NCBI GenBank assembly: GCA_965228475.1
Contig: OZ245817.1
Coordinates: forward strand, 1,984,001-2,048,000
Length of the DNA: 64,000 nt
From: Myxococcota bacterium
GTDB lineage: Bacteria; Myxococcota_A; UBA9160; JAFDDA01
Direction: 5' to 3'
Shown: positions 38,110 through 52,444 of the stretch, piece after piece
How the letters are laid out: every line of letters begins with the position of its first letter
Position numbering within the stretch: position 1 is the stretch's first letter
The notes under the pieces: model-generated
Database searches by the model: none
What the model was told of the DNA's origin: nothing
The model's input: only the letters and a program-made list of their open reading frames with translations
Position numbers and translations under genes: made by a program

Positions 38110-40697
38110 GGGCCTCCCTGGGCCTGGGGCTCGCCCACGATCACGGTCGGTGCGAGGCTGAAGCCGGCGCGGACCTCGGCGGCCGCGTCCCGCGCCTCGC
38201 CGACGTCTTCGTAGGGGCCGAGCACCACCTGGAAGATCAGGGCGCCGCCGCTGTCGCTCGAGACGATGAAGCCGTCGTGGCCCCCGTCGACGAGCTCGGT
38301 CAGGGTCGTCGCGGCCGCGGCCTCCGTGCTGAACACGGCGGCGAGCACGCTGTAGCGCGGGCCGTTCCGGCTGGCACGCTCCTGCTCCTCCTTCTCGAGC
38401 ATCTGCTGCTCACGCTGCTGCTCGATGTCGCGCATGCGCTCGAGCGGGTAGCGGTCTTCGTGCTGTTGGACCACGCGCCGGGCCGGGTTGCGGCCGTGAC
38501 CGCCCGCCGGGGGGAGACCCAGGGCCGCGGCCTTCGCGTTCTTCGCCTCGAGCTCCTTGCGCTCCTTGTCCGAGAGCTGCAGCGCCTCCATGGAGCGCTG
38601 CCGGAATTCCTCGCGCTTGCGCAGGGTCTCGTACTCGAGATCCGCGGGGCTGCGGACGATCTGCGGCGTCAGGAAGATGAGCAGGTTCTCCTTGGTCAGG
38701 TTGCGGCGCTCGGTCTTGAACAGCCAGCCGAGGATCGGGATGTCGCCGAGCCAGGGCACCTTGGAGAGGTTGTCCGAGTAGACGTCGCGGATCAGACCGC
38801 CGATCACGATCGTTTCGCCGTCGGCCACGACGACGGTGTTCTCGACGCGGCGGTTCGTGAGCGCGACGCCCACGTTCTCCGAACTCCCGACCGTCGCGCT
38901 CAGATTCGTGTCGATGCCCGTGATTTCCTGGAAGATGTCGAGCCGCAAGCTCTGGCCCTCGGTGATCTGCGGTGTGACGCGCAGGGTGACGCCGATCTCC
39001 TGCCTTTCGACGTTCACCGAGGTCGCGAGGTTCGTGTCTTGGCCGGCGGCGGACTCCACGCGGCTCGTGATGATCGGGATGTCGTTACCGATCTGGATCT
39101 CGGCCTCTTCGTTGTCCGAGGTCAGGATGTGAGGCGCCGAGATGATGTTGGTGTCGCCGTTGGTGGCCGAGGCGCGGATGATCCCCTGGATGATGCTTCC
39201 GCTGCGGACGCTGGTCGGGTTGCCGGCGGCGTCCATGTTGAAGTTCAGGTTGTTTCGTAGGAAGTTGGTGACGAACCCTGCGCCCGGAACCGCAGCGTTG
39301 GCCGCCGCGTCCACCGCGGTGCCCGCGACGGCACCCAGGCGGTTGCTCGTGCCGAAGCTGGTCGTGCTGGCTTCGGCCGAGGAGATCTGGATGTCGTTCG
39401 TGCCGGCCAGCCGCGCGATGCCGTTGAAGCCGAGCTCGCTCGTATCCGTGATGTTCACTTCCATGATCAGCGCCTCGACCAGCACCTGGGGGCGCGGGAT
39501 GTCGAGTTTGTCGATCACGGTGGAGAGCGTGCGGTAGCCCTCCTGGCTCGCCTGGATCACGAGGGCGTTGGTCGCGGCGTCCGCCGTCACGGTCACGCCT
39601 TCGGAGAGCTCCGTCACCGCGGCGCGCAGGGCCTGGGCCTGGGCGGCGCCGCGGCCGCGGCCCGCGCCGGCGGTGGCCGTCGCGGCGGGCTGGCCGCTGA
39701 TCAGCGAGGTGAGGGTGGTCGCGAGCTCCTCGGCGTCGGCGTGGCGCAGGTAGCGCACGTGGATGCGCCCGCCGCCGGTCACCGGGATGTCGAGCCGCCG
39801 CACCATCTCGCGGATGTCCTCGAGCTTCCCGCGCGAGGCGAGCACGATCAGCGAGTTCGTGCGCTCGTCGGTGATGATGCGGATGCGTCCGGCCCCGGGC
39901 GAGTTGTCCTCGTTGTTCGCGGCGTTGCGGCGGCGCGCCGACGTGGTCCGGCGGGGCGCCGGGGTCGCCGTGGTGGTCTCGGCGCCGTAGATCTCGGAGA
40001 GCTGCTGGGCCAGGGTCGAGGCGTCGCCGTGCTCGACCTTCAGGACCGCCAGGTTCTCCTTGTAGGTTTCGACGTCGATGGCGTCGAGGATGCCGAGCAG
40101 GCGCCGGATGTTCGCGGCGGAGTCCGTGAGGATGATCGTGTTGGTCGGTGCGTAGGAGACCATCGAGGCCTCCTTCGAGACGAGCGGCTTCAGCGTGTTC
40201 GCGATGGCCTCGGCGTCGATGTACTGGAGCGGGATCAGCCGCGTCACGAAGCGGTCGCGGTTCGGCGTGCCCTGGCTCCCGCGCAGGGTCTCGACGCTCG
40301 ACTCCTTGGCGTCGCGGATCGGGATGATCTTCACCACGCCGGAGGGCGTCTTCACCGTGGTGAAGCCCTTCACCTGCAGGATCGATTCGAAGACCGCGTA
40401 GGCCTGTTCCTTGCTCATCGGGGCCGGCGAGATCACCGTCACCCGGCCGCGCACCTTGTCGTCGTAGATGAAGTTCGTCCCGGTGAGCTGGGCGATCGTG
40501 TCGATCACGACCGAGAGCTCGACGTCGTTGAAATCGAGCTGCACCTGGCCGGCCTGCTGCGCGCCCGCGGGCTGGTGGGCCACGAGCAGGGCGAGGGCCG
40601 CGAGCGCCCCGATCGTGCGCATGCGAGCCCGGACCGGCGCGTGCGGGGCGTGGGAACTGGAAGCCAAAGAACCGGAAAGCAAGGATTTCTCCCTCAC
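38106..40697 (-). CDS. gspD: Type II secretion secretin D with C-terminal SPOR-like domain
   Basis: N0-N3 domains, LDIPRPQVLVEALIMEV, KVPWLGDIPILGWLF, LLIFLTPQIV; SPOR-like tail. Confidence 0.93.
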   Translation of the reverse strand: MREKSLLSGSLASSSHAPHAPVRARMRTIGALAALALLVAHQPAGAQQAGQVQLDFNDVELSVVIDTIAQLTGTNFIYDDKVRGRVTVISPAPMSKEQAYAVFESILQVKGFTTVKTPSGVVKIIPIRDAKESSVETLRGSQGTPNRDRFVTRLIPLQYIDAEAIANTLKPLVSKEASMVSYAPTNTIILTDSAANIRRLLGILDAIDVETYKENLAVLKVEHGDASTLAQQLSEIYGAETTTATPAPRRTTSARRRNAANNEDNSPGAGRIRIITDERTNSLIVLASRGKLEDIREMVRRLDIPVTGGGRIHVRYLRHADAEELATTLTSLISGQPAATATAGAGRGRGAAQAQALRAAVTELSEGVTVTADAATNALVIQASQEGYRTLSTVIDKLDIPRPQVLVEALIMEVNITDTSELGFNGIARLAGTNDIQISSAEASTTSFGTSNRLGAVAGTAVDAAANAAVPGAGFVTNFLRNNLNFNMDAAGNPTSVRSGSIIQGIIRASATNGDTNIISAPHILTSDNEEAEIQIGNDIPIITSRVESAAGQDTNLATSVNVERQEIGVTLRVTPQITEGQSLRLDIFQEITGIDTNLSATVGSSENVGVALTNRRVENTVVVADGETIVIGGLIRDVYSDNLSKVPWLGDIPILGWLFKTERRNLTKENLLIFLTPQIVRSPADLEYETLRKREEFRQRSMEALQLSDKERKELEAKNAKAAALGLPPAGGHGRNPARRVVQQHEDRYPLERMRDIEQQREQQMLEKEEQERASRNGPRYSVLAAVFSTEAAAATTLTELVDGGHDGFIVSSDSGGALIFQVVLGPYEDVGEARDAAAEVRAGFSLAPTVIVGEPQAQGGP

Positions 40698-41596
40698 GGC
40701 GTCGGAGCGAAGGTCATCGTGTCCTCCGACCCATCCTCACGCTCGACCTGGATTTCGAACTCTTCGCCGTTCATGAGCTGCTGGAGGAACTGGGCGCTGT
40801 CGGCGGGGCTGCCCAGGCTCTGGCCGTTGAAGCCGGTGATCGTGTCGCCGTCGGAGAGGCCGACCTCCGAGAACACGCTGTTCTCCTTGATCGAGTTCAG
40901 CTGGATCCCGACCATCTGCCCGTCCTCGTAGCGCGGCAGGATGCGCGCCTCCGAGAACAGCGACGCCGGGTTGCGCACGGCCTCCTGGACGTCGTCGTTG
41001 TCCACGGTGAAGCGGTTCTCCGCGACCTTGCGCACGCGCGACGCGAGGTTCTCGGTGCGCTCGCGCGGGCGCACCGGCCGGGTGCGCCGCGTGGGCCGGC
41101 GCGAGGCGACCTTCGTCGGCGTGTCGTCCTCGTCGAGGGTCAACTCCTCGAGCTTGCCCTGGTTGCGCAGCACGACGCGCTTTCGCTCGATGCGAACGAC
41201 GGAGACGCCGGCGCGCGCCTCGCCGCCCGTCGCCACGACCTTGTGCTTGCGGAGTTCCTGATCGTCGATGGCGGCCCAGGCGAGCGCCTGGTCGTCGGAG
41301 GCGGCGGTGCCGAGGAGCTTCAGGGGAAGCTTGGTCTCCTCGAGGTCCTCGGTCACCGGTGCGGGCTCGGGCTCCACCGCGGCCAGCTCGGTCGAGTTGA
41401 AGAGGTTGCGTTCGACGATCCGCCCGCGGTTCGGCGCGGCGCGGCGCGGCCCGCCCGTGGGCGTCGGGGCCGCCACCGCCGCAGCGGCTTCGGGCGCAAG
41501 ACGCGCCGCCCCCACCTCGGCGATCACGCCGGCGAGGATGAAGCAGCACAGGGCGAACAGGCCTGCGTTGACGGCCCAGATGGCGTAGCGGTTCAT
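40694..41596 (-). CDS. gspC: Type II secretion protein C (HR domain plus PDZ)
   Basis: TM helix, LPLKLLGT, RVVLRNQG.LEEL, PDZ GL.DGD.I..NG. Confidence 0.88.
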   Translation of the reverse strand: MNRYAIWAVNAGLFALCCFILAGVIAEVGAARLAPEAAAAVAAPTPTGGPRRAAPNRGRIVERNLFNSTELAAVEPEPAPVTEDLEETKLPLKLLGTAASDDQALAWAAIDDQELRKHKVVATGGEARAGVSVVRIERKRVVLRNQGKLEELTLDEDDTPTKVASRRPTRRTRPVRPRERTENLASRVRKVAENRFTVDNDDVQEAVRNPASLFSEARILPRYEDGQMVGIQLNSIKENSVFSEVGLSDGDTITGFNGQSLGSPADSAQFLQQLMNGEEFEIQVEREDGSEDTMTFAPTP

Positions 41597-41837
41597 CGTC
41601 TCAAGCTTCCGGGCGGCAAGCCCGTCGTCCGCGGACCGCGGCCTGCGGGCGAGAGAGCCGCGTGCCGGGCGCAATGTAGCCCGGCAAACCCCTGAATCCA
41701 ATCATGTTCCCGTCCCATCGGCCATGGGTGCCCGCGAGCCAAACCCCGTCCCGGCGACCCCTGGGAGCCGGCGTTCTGGGCTACTCTTCTGGACACCGGA
41801 CCCCTCGATCCCGTTCATCGGCAGGCAGGAGGCAGCA

Positions 41838-42305
41838 GTGGAGTCCGAAGCCAAAACTCGGCGCGAAGCCCGCCGGAGCCGCGCCTCCGGGGATCGCCCC
41901 AGGAGCGGATTCACGCTCTGGTGGGCGGGCCTGCTGACGGGGATCCTGCTCTGCGGCTCCCTGACGCTCGTTTCGCCGGGCGGGCCCGGGCTGGTCTCGA
42001 TCGTCTCGCCGCTCCCGGGCGAGGTGGTGGGCCTGGCCGGGGTGGACGTCATGGCGCGCGTGCCGAGCGACCCGCGGGTCGTTCCCATGAGCGTCCGCGT
42101 CCTCCTGAATGGGGCGGATGTCACCCACCTGCTCACCGCCGGCAAGAACGGCGCCGTGGGACAGCTCGTCGGGCTGCTGGACGGCGAGAACGTCCTGCGG
42201 GTGGAGGTCGAGGCCGCCTCCTGGTGGTTCGACGGCCGCCCGTACGAGTCCGCCCGGGAGGTTCGCTTCCTCTCCCGCCGGCCCCTGGACCTCGACCGCG
42301 GCTAG
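41838..42305 (+). CDS. Hypothetical membrane-anchored protein with Ig-like beta domain
   Basis: AGGAGG RBS and GTG start; basic leader, G|FTLWW hydrophobic segment; VLLNGADVT...GL.DGEN.L.V. Confidence 0.6.
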   Translation: MESEAKTRREARRSRASGDRPRSGFTLWWAGLLTGILLCGSLTLVSPGGPGLVSIVSPLPGEVVGLAGVDVMARVPSDPRVVPMSVRVLLNGADVTHLLTAGKNGAVGQLVGLLDGENVLRVEVEAASWWFDGRPYESAREVRFLSRRPLDLDRG

Positions 42306-42480
42306 CACGGCCTCCGTGGGCCGCCCCACGCCCATCCCCCGAAAATCTCTGCAAAAAACCGCCGGGTCGGTTTGACACACCCCCCGGTGGACCCCAGGGT
42401 TCCGGCCGGATTTGCGCCCCGTGGTGGGCGAAGCGCGACCGGGCCGCCCCGCGGCCCCGGAATCAGAACCAGGAGGAATC

Positions 42481-44409
<1,929 letters not shown>

Positions 44410-44801
44410 CTGGAACGGCAACCCTCGGATCCCTTCGCTCCGCTGTTCGGCGACGACGCCGGGCGGCCGGACGACCGCTGGCGCCCGCCGGTGGACGTCT
44501 ACGAGACGGAGAAGGCGCTCGTCGTCCGCGTGGCCGTCGCGGGGGTGCGCAGCGGCGACCTGCGCGTCCTCGTCGAAGGGGAGCGGCTGTGCGTGCGCGG
44601 CGTCCGGAGCCAGCCGAGCGGCGGCCAGGACGTGCTGCGTCACCACCAGCTCGAGATCGAGCCCGGACCCTTCGAGGCGCGCGTGCGTCTGCCCGCGTCG
44701 ATCGAGAAGAGCGAGGTTCAGGCGAACCTCGAGGACGGCGTGCTGACCGTGCGGCTGCCCAAGCGAGCCCCGCGCCGGATCGACGTCCGATCGGAATCCG
44801 A

Positions 44802-44805
<4 letters not shown>
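44410..44805 (+). CDS. Hsp20/alpha-crystallin small heat shock protein; probable CTG start
   Basis: WRPPVDVYET, G.F...V.LP, A.LEDGVL.V.LPK. Confidence 0.88.
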
Positions 44806-47243
<2,438 letters not shown>

Positions 47244-47247
47244 CGGG

Positions 47248-48213
47248 GTGGCGCGCAAGCCCCGGCCGTCGTCCTTCGCCGCGCTGTCGGTGGCGGCCCT
47301 CGCGCTCCTGGCCCAGGGCTGCGTCTCCACCGAGACCTACGAACTCGTCCTCGCCGAGCGCGACCAGCTGCTCACCGAGCGCACGAACCTCCAGGGCCGG
47401 GTCCGAAGCCTCGAAGGCGAGAAGCGGCGCCTCCTCAGCTCGAACGAGAGTCTTTCGAACGAGCGCCGGCAGCTGCTCGAGAACGTCGAGGGCCTGCGCG
47501 CGGAGCAGGAGCAGCTCCAGTCCGACGTCGCGGGCCTCGAGCGGACGAAGAAGAATCTCGGAGAGGAACTCGCCAAGCGCGAAGGTCAGCTCGAGGAGCG
47601 CGAAGAGCAGCTCGCCGCGCGGGCGACGGAACTCGCGACGCTCGGCGCCGAGCTCGACGCGCGCAACGCCGAACTCGACGAGCGGACCCGCGAGCTCCAG
47701 GCCCGCGACGTCGAGATCGAACGGCTGAAGGCGAGCTACGAGGCTTTCGTCTCGGATCTCGAAGCGGAGATCGCCGACGGGCAGATCGTGATCGACCAGC
47801 TCCGCGAGGGGATGCTCGTGAACCTGCCCGACGCGCAGTTCTTCCCGCCGGACTCCGTCGATCTGACCCTGCACGGCAAGCAGACCCTGGCGAAGGTCGC
47901 GGCGCAGATCCGCGCGATGCCGCACGAGGTCGAGGTCCAGGGCCACACGGACGACGTGCCGCCGCCCGAGGCCCTGATCGAGCGCTTCCCCTCCGGCTGG
48001 GACGTCGCCGCCGCGCGCGCCACCGCGGTGCTCCGCCAGCTCGTCGCCCACGGCATCGCTCCGGACCGGATCCGCGCCGTCTCCTACGGGAGCGCGCGCC
48101 CCATCGCGCCGAACGACACGGCGACGGATCGGGCGCGCAACCGGCGGATCGAGATCCGGCTGATCCCGGCGGTCGCGAGCCCCCAGCGGCCCCTCGCCGC
48201 CACCTCTCGCTGA
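47248..48213 (+). CDS. Lipoprotein with coiled coil and OmpA/MotB peptidoglycan-binding domain
   Basis: Lipobox LLAQGC; long coiled coil; GHTD, RA..V, SYG..RP, NRRIEI. Confidence 0.85.
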   Translation: MARKPRPSSFAALSVAALALLAQGCVSTETYELVLAERDQLLTERTNLQGRVRSLEGEKRRLLSSNESLSNERRQLLENVEGLRAEQEQLQSDVAGLERTKKNLGEELAKREGQLEEREEQLAARATELATLGAELDARNAELDERTRELQARDVEIERLKASYEAFVSDLEAEIADGQIVIDQLREGMLVNLPDAQFFPPDSVDLTLHGKQTLAKVAAQIRAMPHEVEVQGHTDDVPPPEALIERFPSGWDVAAARATAVLRQLVAHGIAPDRIRAVSYGSARPIAPNDTATDRARNRRIEIRLIPAVASPQRPLAATSR

Positions 48214-48225
48214 AAGCCCGGCCCG

Positions 48226-49551
48226 GTGCCGCTCCCGCGCGAGCGTCTCGAAGCGTACTTCCGCGCGGGCCTCACCGCGGTGGATGCCGGGCATGCCGTC
48301 CGCGGCGTGGTCACGAAGGGCGCCGACGGCTCGCTCCAGCTCGCAGGACGGCCGCTTCCCGACGCCGCGCCCCTGGTCGTGCTCGCGGCGGGGAAGGGCG
48401 CCGTGCCGATGGCCGACGCCCTGTGCGAGGCGCTGCCGGGCCGCGCGCTGCGCGGACTCGTCGTCACGAAGGAAGGCCACGGCCGCGCGGCTTCCGGGCT
48501 CGAGACGCGGGAGTCGGCCCATCCCGTCCCCGACGATCGAAGCGAAGCCGCCGGCCGCGCGGCGCTCGACCTGGTCGCGTTGGGCGCGCCCGGGGAATGC
48601 CTGGTCGTGCTGCTCTCGGGCGGTGCATCCGCCCTCCTCGCGTGCCCCGCGCCCGGCCTCACCCTCTCGGACGTCTCCGAGACCACGGACCTCCTGCTCG
48701 CGAGCGGCGCCGACATCGAGGCGATGAACGTCGTGCGCAAGCACCTCTCGGCCGTGGGAGGCGGCAGGCTCGCGCAGGCGTGGCGTGGCGGTCCGATCTT
48801 CCTGCTCGCCGTTTCCGACGTTCCCGGCGACCGGCTCGACGTGATCGGCTCGGGCCCGTGCAGTGCGGACCCGAGCTCCTTCTCCGATGCATGGGGCGTG
48901 GTCGAAGCCTTCGGGCTCGCGCGTGCACTCCCGGAGCGGGTGAGGCGACACCTCGAAGCGGGCTGCCGCGGCGAGATCGACGAGACGCCCAAGCGGCTCG
49001 CGGGCGCGCACGCCGCGGTGATCGCGTCGAACGAACGTGCCCTCGCAGCGGTGGAGTCGGCGGCACGCGCGGACGGCCTCCGCGTGGTGAGATCGCAAGA
49101 ACCCCTGGAAGGCGAGGCCCGGGAGGCCGCCGCCCGGGCTCTCTCGGAGGCCCGGGCCGCAGCCCGCGAAGGGCCGTGCCTCTGGCTGGCCGGCGGCGAG
49201 ACCACGGTCCGTCTCGAAGTGCCGGAGGGCCTCACGCTCGGGCGGGGCGGACGGAATCAGGAGCTCGCCCTCGCGGCCGCCCGGGCGATCGACGGCGACG
49301 GCCGGGTCTCGTTGCTCGCGGTCGGCACCGATGGCACCGACGGGCCGACGGACGCCGCCGGCGCCTTCGCCGACGGCGGCACGGTCGAGCGCGCCCGCGC
49401 GCTCGGCCGGGACGCCTCGGACGCCCTCGCGCGGCACGACGCCTACGCCTTCTTCGACGCCGAAGGCGGCCTCCTCCGCACCGGCCCGACCGGCACGAAC
49501 GTGATGGACCTCCTGCTGATCAGCACTGACCAGGGGGACGTTCCTGCCTAG
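48226..49551 (+). CDS. Glycerate kinase type 2 (MOFRL family)
   Basis: LSGGASAL, VRKHLS, SDVPGD...IGSGP, GGETTV, GRGGRNQE, GTDGTDG, GPTGTNVMD. Confidence 0.9.
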   Translation: MPLPRERLEAYFRAGLTAVDAGHAVRGVVTKGADGSLQLAGRPLPDAAPLVVLAAGKGAVPMADALCEALPGRALRGLVVTKEGHGRAASGLETRESAHPVPDDRSEAAGRAALDLVALGAPGECLVVLLSGGASALLACPAPGLTLSDVSETTDLLLASGADIEAMNVVRKHLSAVGGGRLAQAWRGGPIFLLAVSDVPGDRLDVIGSGPCSADPSSFSDAWGVVEAFGLARALPERVRRHLEAGCRGEIDETPKRLAGAHAAVIASNERALAAVESAARADGLRVVRSQEPLEGEAREAAARALSEARAAAREGPCLWLAGGETTVRLEVPEGLTLGRGGRNQELALAAARAIDGDGRVSLLAVGTDGTDGPTDAAGAFADGGTVERARALGRDASDALARHDAYAFFDAEGGLLRTGPTGTNVMDLLLISTDQGDVPA

Positions 49552-49587
49552 CTCGGAGAGCTAGGCAGGAACGTCCCCCTGGTCAGT
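49525..49587. repeat. Perfect 30-bp inverted repeat with 3-nt loop
   Basis: actgaccagggggacgttcctgcctagctc-gga-gagctaggcaggaacgtccccctggtcagt. Confidence 0.95.
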
Positions 49588-49639
49588 CCGGGCTGGGCGC
49601 TATCGTCCAGGGGAAGCGCCGGAGGCCCGAAACTTCCCC

Positions 49640-51010
49640 ATGTCCCGATCCGAGGCTGACGGCGCGAGTCCCTTCGCACTCGCGCACCGTTTCGTGGTGC
49701 TGCTCGGCATGATCTTCCGCGCCGCGGTGGTCTACCTGCGGCTCGTCTTCGACACCCGCGGCTGGTGGAAGATGACGCCGGAGAAGCGCATCGAGATCCA
49801 GCGGGCCTTCGCCGCCCGCTTCGTGCGCGTGGCGACCCGGTTCCGCGGCGCGCTGATCAAGGTCGGGCAGGTCGCGAGCCTGCGCATCGACGTCGTCCCC
49901 GAAGAGGTCACCGACGAGCTCGCCACCCTCCAGGATCAGGTCGAACCGCACCCCTTCGAGGAGATCGACCGGCAGATCCGCTCCGAGCTCGGCCGGCCCG
50001 CCCGCGAAGTCTTCGCGAGCTTCGAGGACACCCCGATCGCTTCGGCGAGTCTCGGCCAGGTCCACCGCGCGACCGACGGCGAGGGACGTCCGCTTGCGGT
50101 CAAGGTGCTCTACCCGGGCATCGAGCGGGAGGTCGCGGTCGACGTGGCGGCCACGCGCATCGGGCTCTGGCTCTTCAACTGGCTGGTGGTCGCCGATCTC
50201 ACCCAGGTCTACCGGGAACTCCGCCGCAGCATCCTCGGCGAGATGGACTACGTGCGGGAGGGGAAGGCCGCCGAAGAGGTCGCGGCGAACCTGGCGAAGG
50301 ATCCGGCGGTCGCGGAGCGGGTCCGCATCCCGAAGATCCACTGGGAGACCACGACCCAGCGCGTGCTGACCATGGAGTTCCTCGAGGGCACGAAGGTCAA
50401 CGACACCGCGACGCTCGAGGCCTGGGGGCTCGACGTGAACGACGTCGTTTCCTGGGCGACCCGCGCCTTCCTGCACATGATGCTGCGCGACGGCTTCTTC
50501 CACTGCGACCCGCATCCGGGAAATCTGCTCGTCGACCGCGAGGGCCGGCTCGGCATCGTCGACTTCGGCATGAACGCGCGGATCGCGGCGCCCCTGCGCG
50601 AGGCGATCCGCAAGAACCTGATGGCCTCGATCCAGCGCGACCCCGAGGCCTACGTGGATTCGCTGCTCGAGGTGGGTTTCATCGGCCCCTCGGACCGCGA
50701 GGCGGCCGTCGGCCTCGCGCGCATGGGCTTCGACCCGCGCTACTACAACCTCACGCCGGCCGAAGCCATGAACATCGACCTCGGGGAATACATCTCCGAG
50801 ATGCGCGCCAACATGAAGAAGATCAAGAGCTTCCAACTGCCCGACGGCATCGTGATGCTCGGGCGCGCGATCAACCTGCTCTACGCCCTGGCGCTCGAGC
50901 TCGCCCCCGGCATCCGGCCGCTCGAGGTGGTCGGCCCCTACGTGCTCGAGTTCATGGCCGGCGGGCTGCCCAAGCCCGCGCCGGCGGACTCCGCGGCCGC
51001 TTCGGGCTGA
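49640..51010 (+). CDS. ABC1/UbiB/AarF-family atypical kinase
   Basis: IKVGQ, LQDQV, PIASASLGQVH, AVKV, FFHCDPHPGN, DFGM. Confidence 0.92.
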   Translation: MSRSEADGASPFALAHRFVVLLGMIFRAAVVYLRLVFDTRGWWKMTPEKRIEIQRAFAARFVRVATRFRGALIKVGQVASLRIDVVPEEVTDELATLQDQVEPHPFEEIDRQIRSELGRPAREVFASFEDTPIASASLGQVHRATDGEGRPLAVKVLYPGIEREVAVDVAATRIGLWLFNWLVVADLTQVYRELRRSILGEMDYVREGKAAEEVAANLAKDPAVAERVRIPKIHWETTTQRVLTMEFLEGTKVNDTATLEAWGLDVNDVVSWATRAFLHMMLRDGFFHCDPHPGNLLVDREGRLGIVDFGMNARIAAPLREAIRKNLMASIQRDPEAYVDSLLEVGFIGPSDREAAVGLARMGFDPRYYNLTPAEAMNIDLGEYISEMRANMKKIKSFQLPDGIVMLGRAINLLYALALELAPGIRPLEVVGPYVLEFMAGGLPKPAPADSAAASG

Positions 51011-51534
51011 GCGGCCCGCCAGACGCGACGTCGGATCCGAAAGAGGACCCGGCCTTCCGCATCGGTCCCTTCGCGCTTCGCGCCGATCTTCTCGGCGGCG
51101 CGCTGGGAGCGGCGGTTCTCGGGGGCGATCAGCAGGATCACCGAGTCCACCCAGCGGAAGGCGTGGTCGAGCATCAGCCGCTTCATCTCGCCGTTGAAGT
51201 CGCCGCCCCAGTGGGAGCGCGCGAGGAAGGTCCAGCCGATCTCGACCTCCCGTTTCACCGGATCATGGCCGTGGAAGCGGGACGTCCCGACCACGACGCG
51301 GCTCTCGATGTCTCGGGCGAGCAGGGCGCCGCCCGAGGCGAGCGCGTCCTCGAAGAAGGCCCGGAAGACGGATTCCTCGTGGCGGTCGCTCGCCGGGTGC
51401 TGGGCCCAGACGCCGGGGTCGCTCGCGGCGGCGTAGAGGTCCGCGAAGTCGACCTCGCGCAGGGGACGGAGCTCGATCAGCGACCCGCGCAGGATGGGCT
51501 GGGCGTCGAAGCCCTTCGCGGGCTCGGAGGCCAC
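50938..51534 (-). CDS. GNAT-family N-acetyltransferase (RimJ/L-like)
   Basis: LRPL...DF, EIGWTFL...WG...N.EMK.LML, N.RSQRA.EKIG. Confidence 0.85.
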   Translation of the reverse strand: MASEPAKGFDAQPILRGSLIELRPLREVDFADLYAAASDPGVWAQHPASDRHEESVFRAFFEDALASGGALLARDIESRVVVGTSRFHGHDPVKREVEIGWTFLARSHWGGDFNGEMKRLMLDHAFRWVDSVILLIAPENRRSQRAAEKIGAKREGTDAEGRVLFRIRRRVWRAAQPEAAAESAGAGLGSPPAMNSST

Positions 51535-51544
51535 GCCGGGTCTC

Positions 51545-52444
51545 TCAGGTCCGAGACGCGTCGAAGATGCTCTGGATCGACGCGTCGAGCGTGGCGTCGA
51601 ACTCGGCCTCGCTCTGCTGCGCGGAGAGCCCCTCGGTGAGCGCGCGGCTGAAGCTCGCGATCATGCGCGGATTGCGCGCGAGGCGGGCGTTCGCGTCGTC
51701 GCGCGTGTAGCCGCCGGAGAGCGCCACGACGCGCAGCATGCGCGGATGGTCGATGCACTCGCCGTAGAAGCCGTCCTCTTCCGGGAGGGTCAGCTTGAAC
51801 ATGACCTGGGTCTCGGCGGGCAGGGCGTCGAGGCCGGCGAGCAGGTGCCGCTTGAGCGTCACCTCGGCCTCGGCCTTCTTCGGGCTGTGGATGTCGACCT
51901 CGGGCTCGAGGATCGGGACGAGCCCCGCCGCCGCGATCTGCCGCCCGACGGCGAACTGCTGATCGACGATGGCCTCGATGCCCTTGGCGTCGTCGGTCTT
52001 GATGACCGAGCGCATCTTGGTGCCGAAGACGCCGTGCTCCCGGGCGCGGGCGAGGAGCGCGTCGAGGTCCGGCATCGGCTTCATGAGCTGGACGCCGTCG
52101 GCCTCGTCGGCGAGGCCCTTGTCGACCTTCAGGAAGGGCACGACGTTCTTCTCGTTCCAGAGGTACTCGGCCGTGGCCCGGCCCTCGATGGTCCGGTCCA
52201 TCGTCATCTCGAAGAGGATCGCGCCGAGGATCCGCGCGCCGTCGAAGGCCTTGCTCGTGATGATCCGCGTGCGCATCTCGTGGACGCGGTCGAACATCTC
52301 GGCGTCGCCCGAGTATTCGCTCTCCTCGACGCCGTAGAGGCGGAGGGCCTTCGGCGTCGAGCCGCCGCTCTGGTCGAGGGCGGCGAGGAAGCCGTCGGCG
52401 GTCCGGACCTTCTCGAGCTGTTTCGGGTCGACGCTGGCGCTCAT
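51545..52444 (-). CDS. Fructose-bisphosphate aldolase class I
   Basis: [51 protein letters not shown]. Confidence 0.93.
   Translation of the reverse strand: MSASVDPKQLEKVRTADGFLAALDQSGGSTPKALRLYGVEESEYSGDAEMFDRVHEMRTRIITSKAFDGARILGAILFEMTMDRTIEGRATAEYLWNEKNVVPFLKVDKGLADEADGVQLMKPMPDLDALLARAREHGVFGTKMRSVIKTDDAKGIEAIVDQQFAVGRQIAAAGLVPILEPEVDIHSPKKAEAEVTLKRHLLAGLDALPAETQVMFKLTLPEEDGFYGECIDHPRMLRVVALSGGYTRDDANARLARNPRMIASFSRALTEGLSAQQSEAEFDATLDASIQSIFDASRT

Noticed and set aside
42301..42330. CIRCE-like half site (CTAGCAC) upstream of dnaK
   Set aside because: The second half-site GAGTGCTAA is absent.
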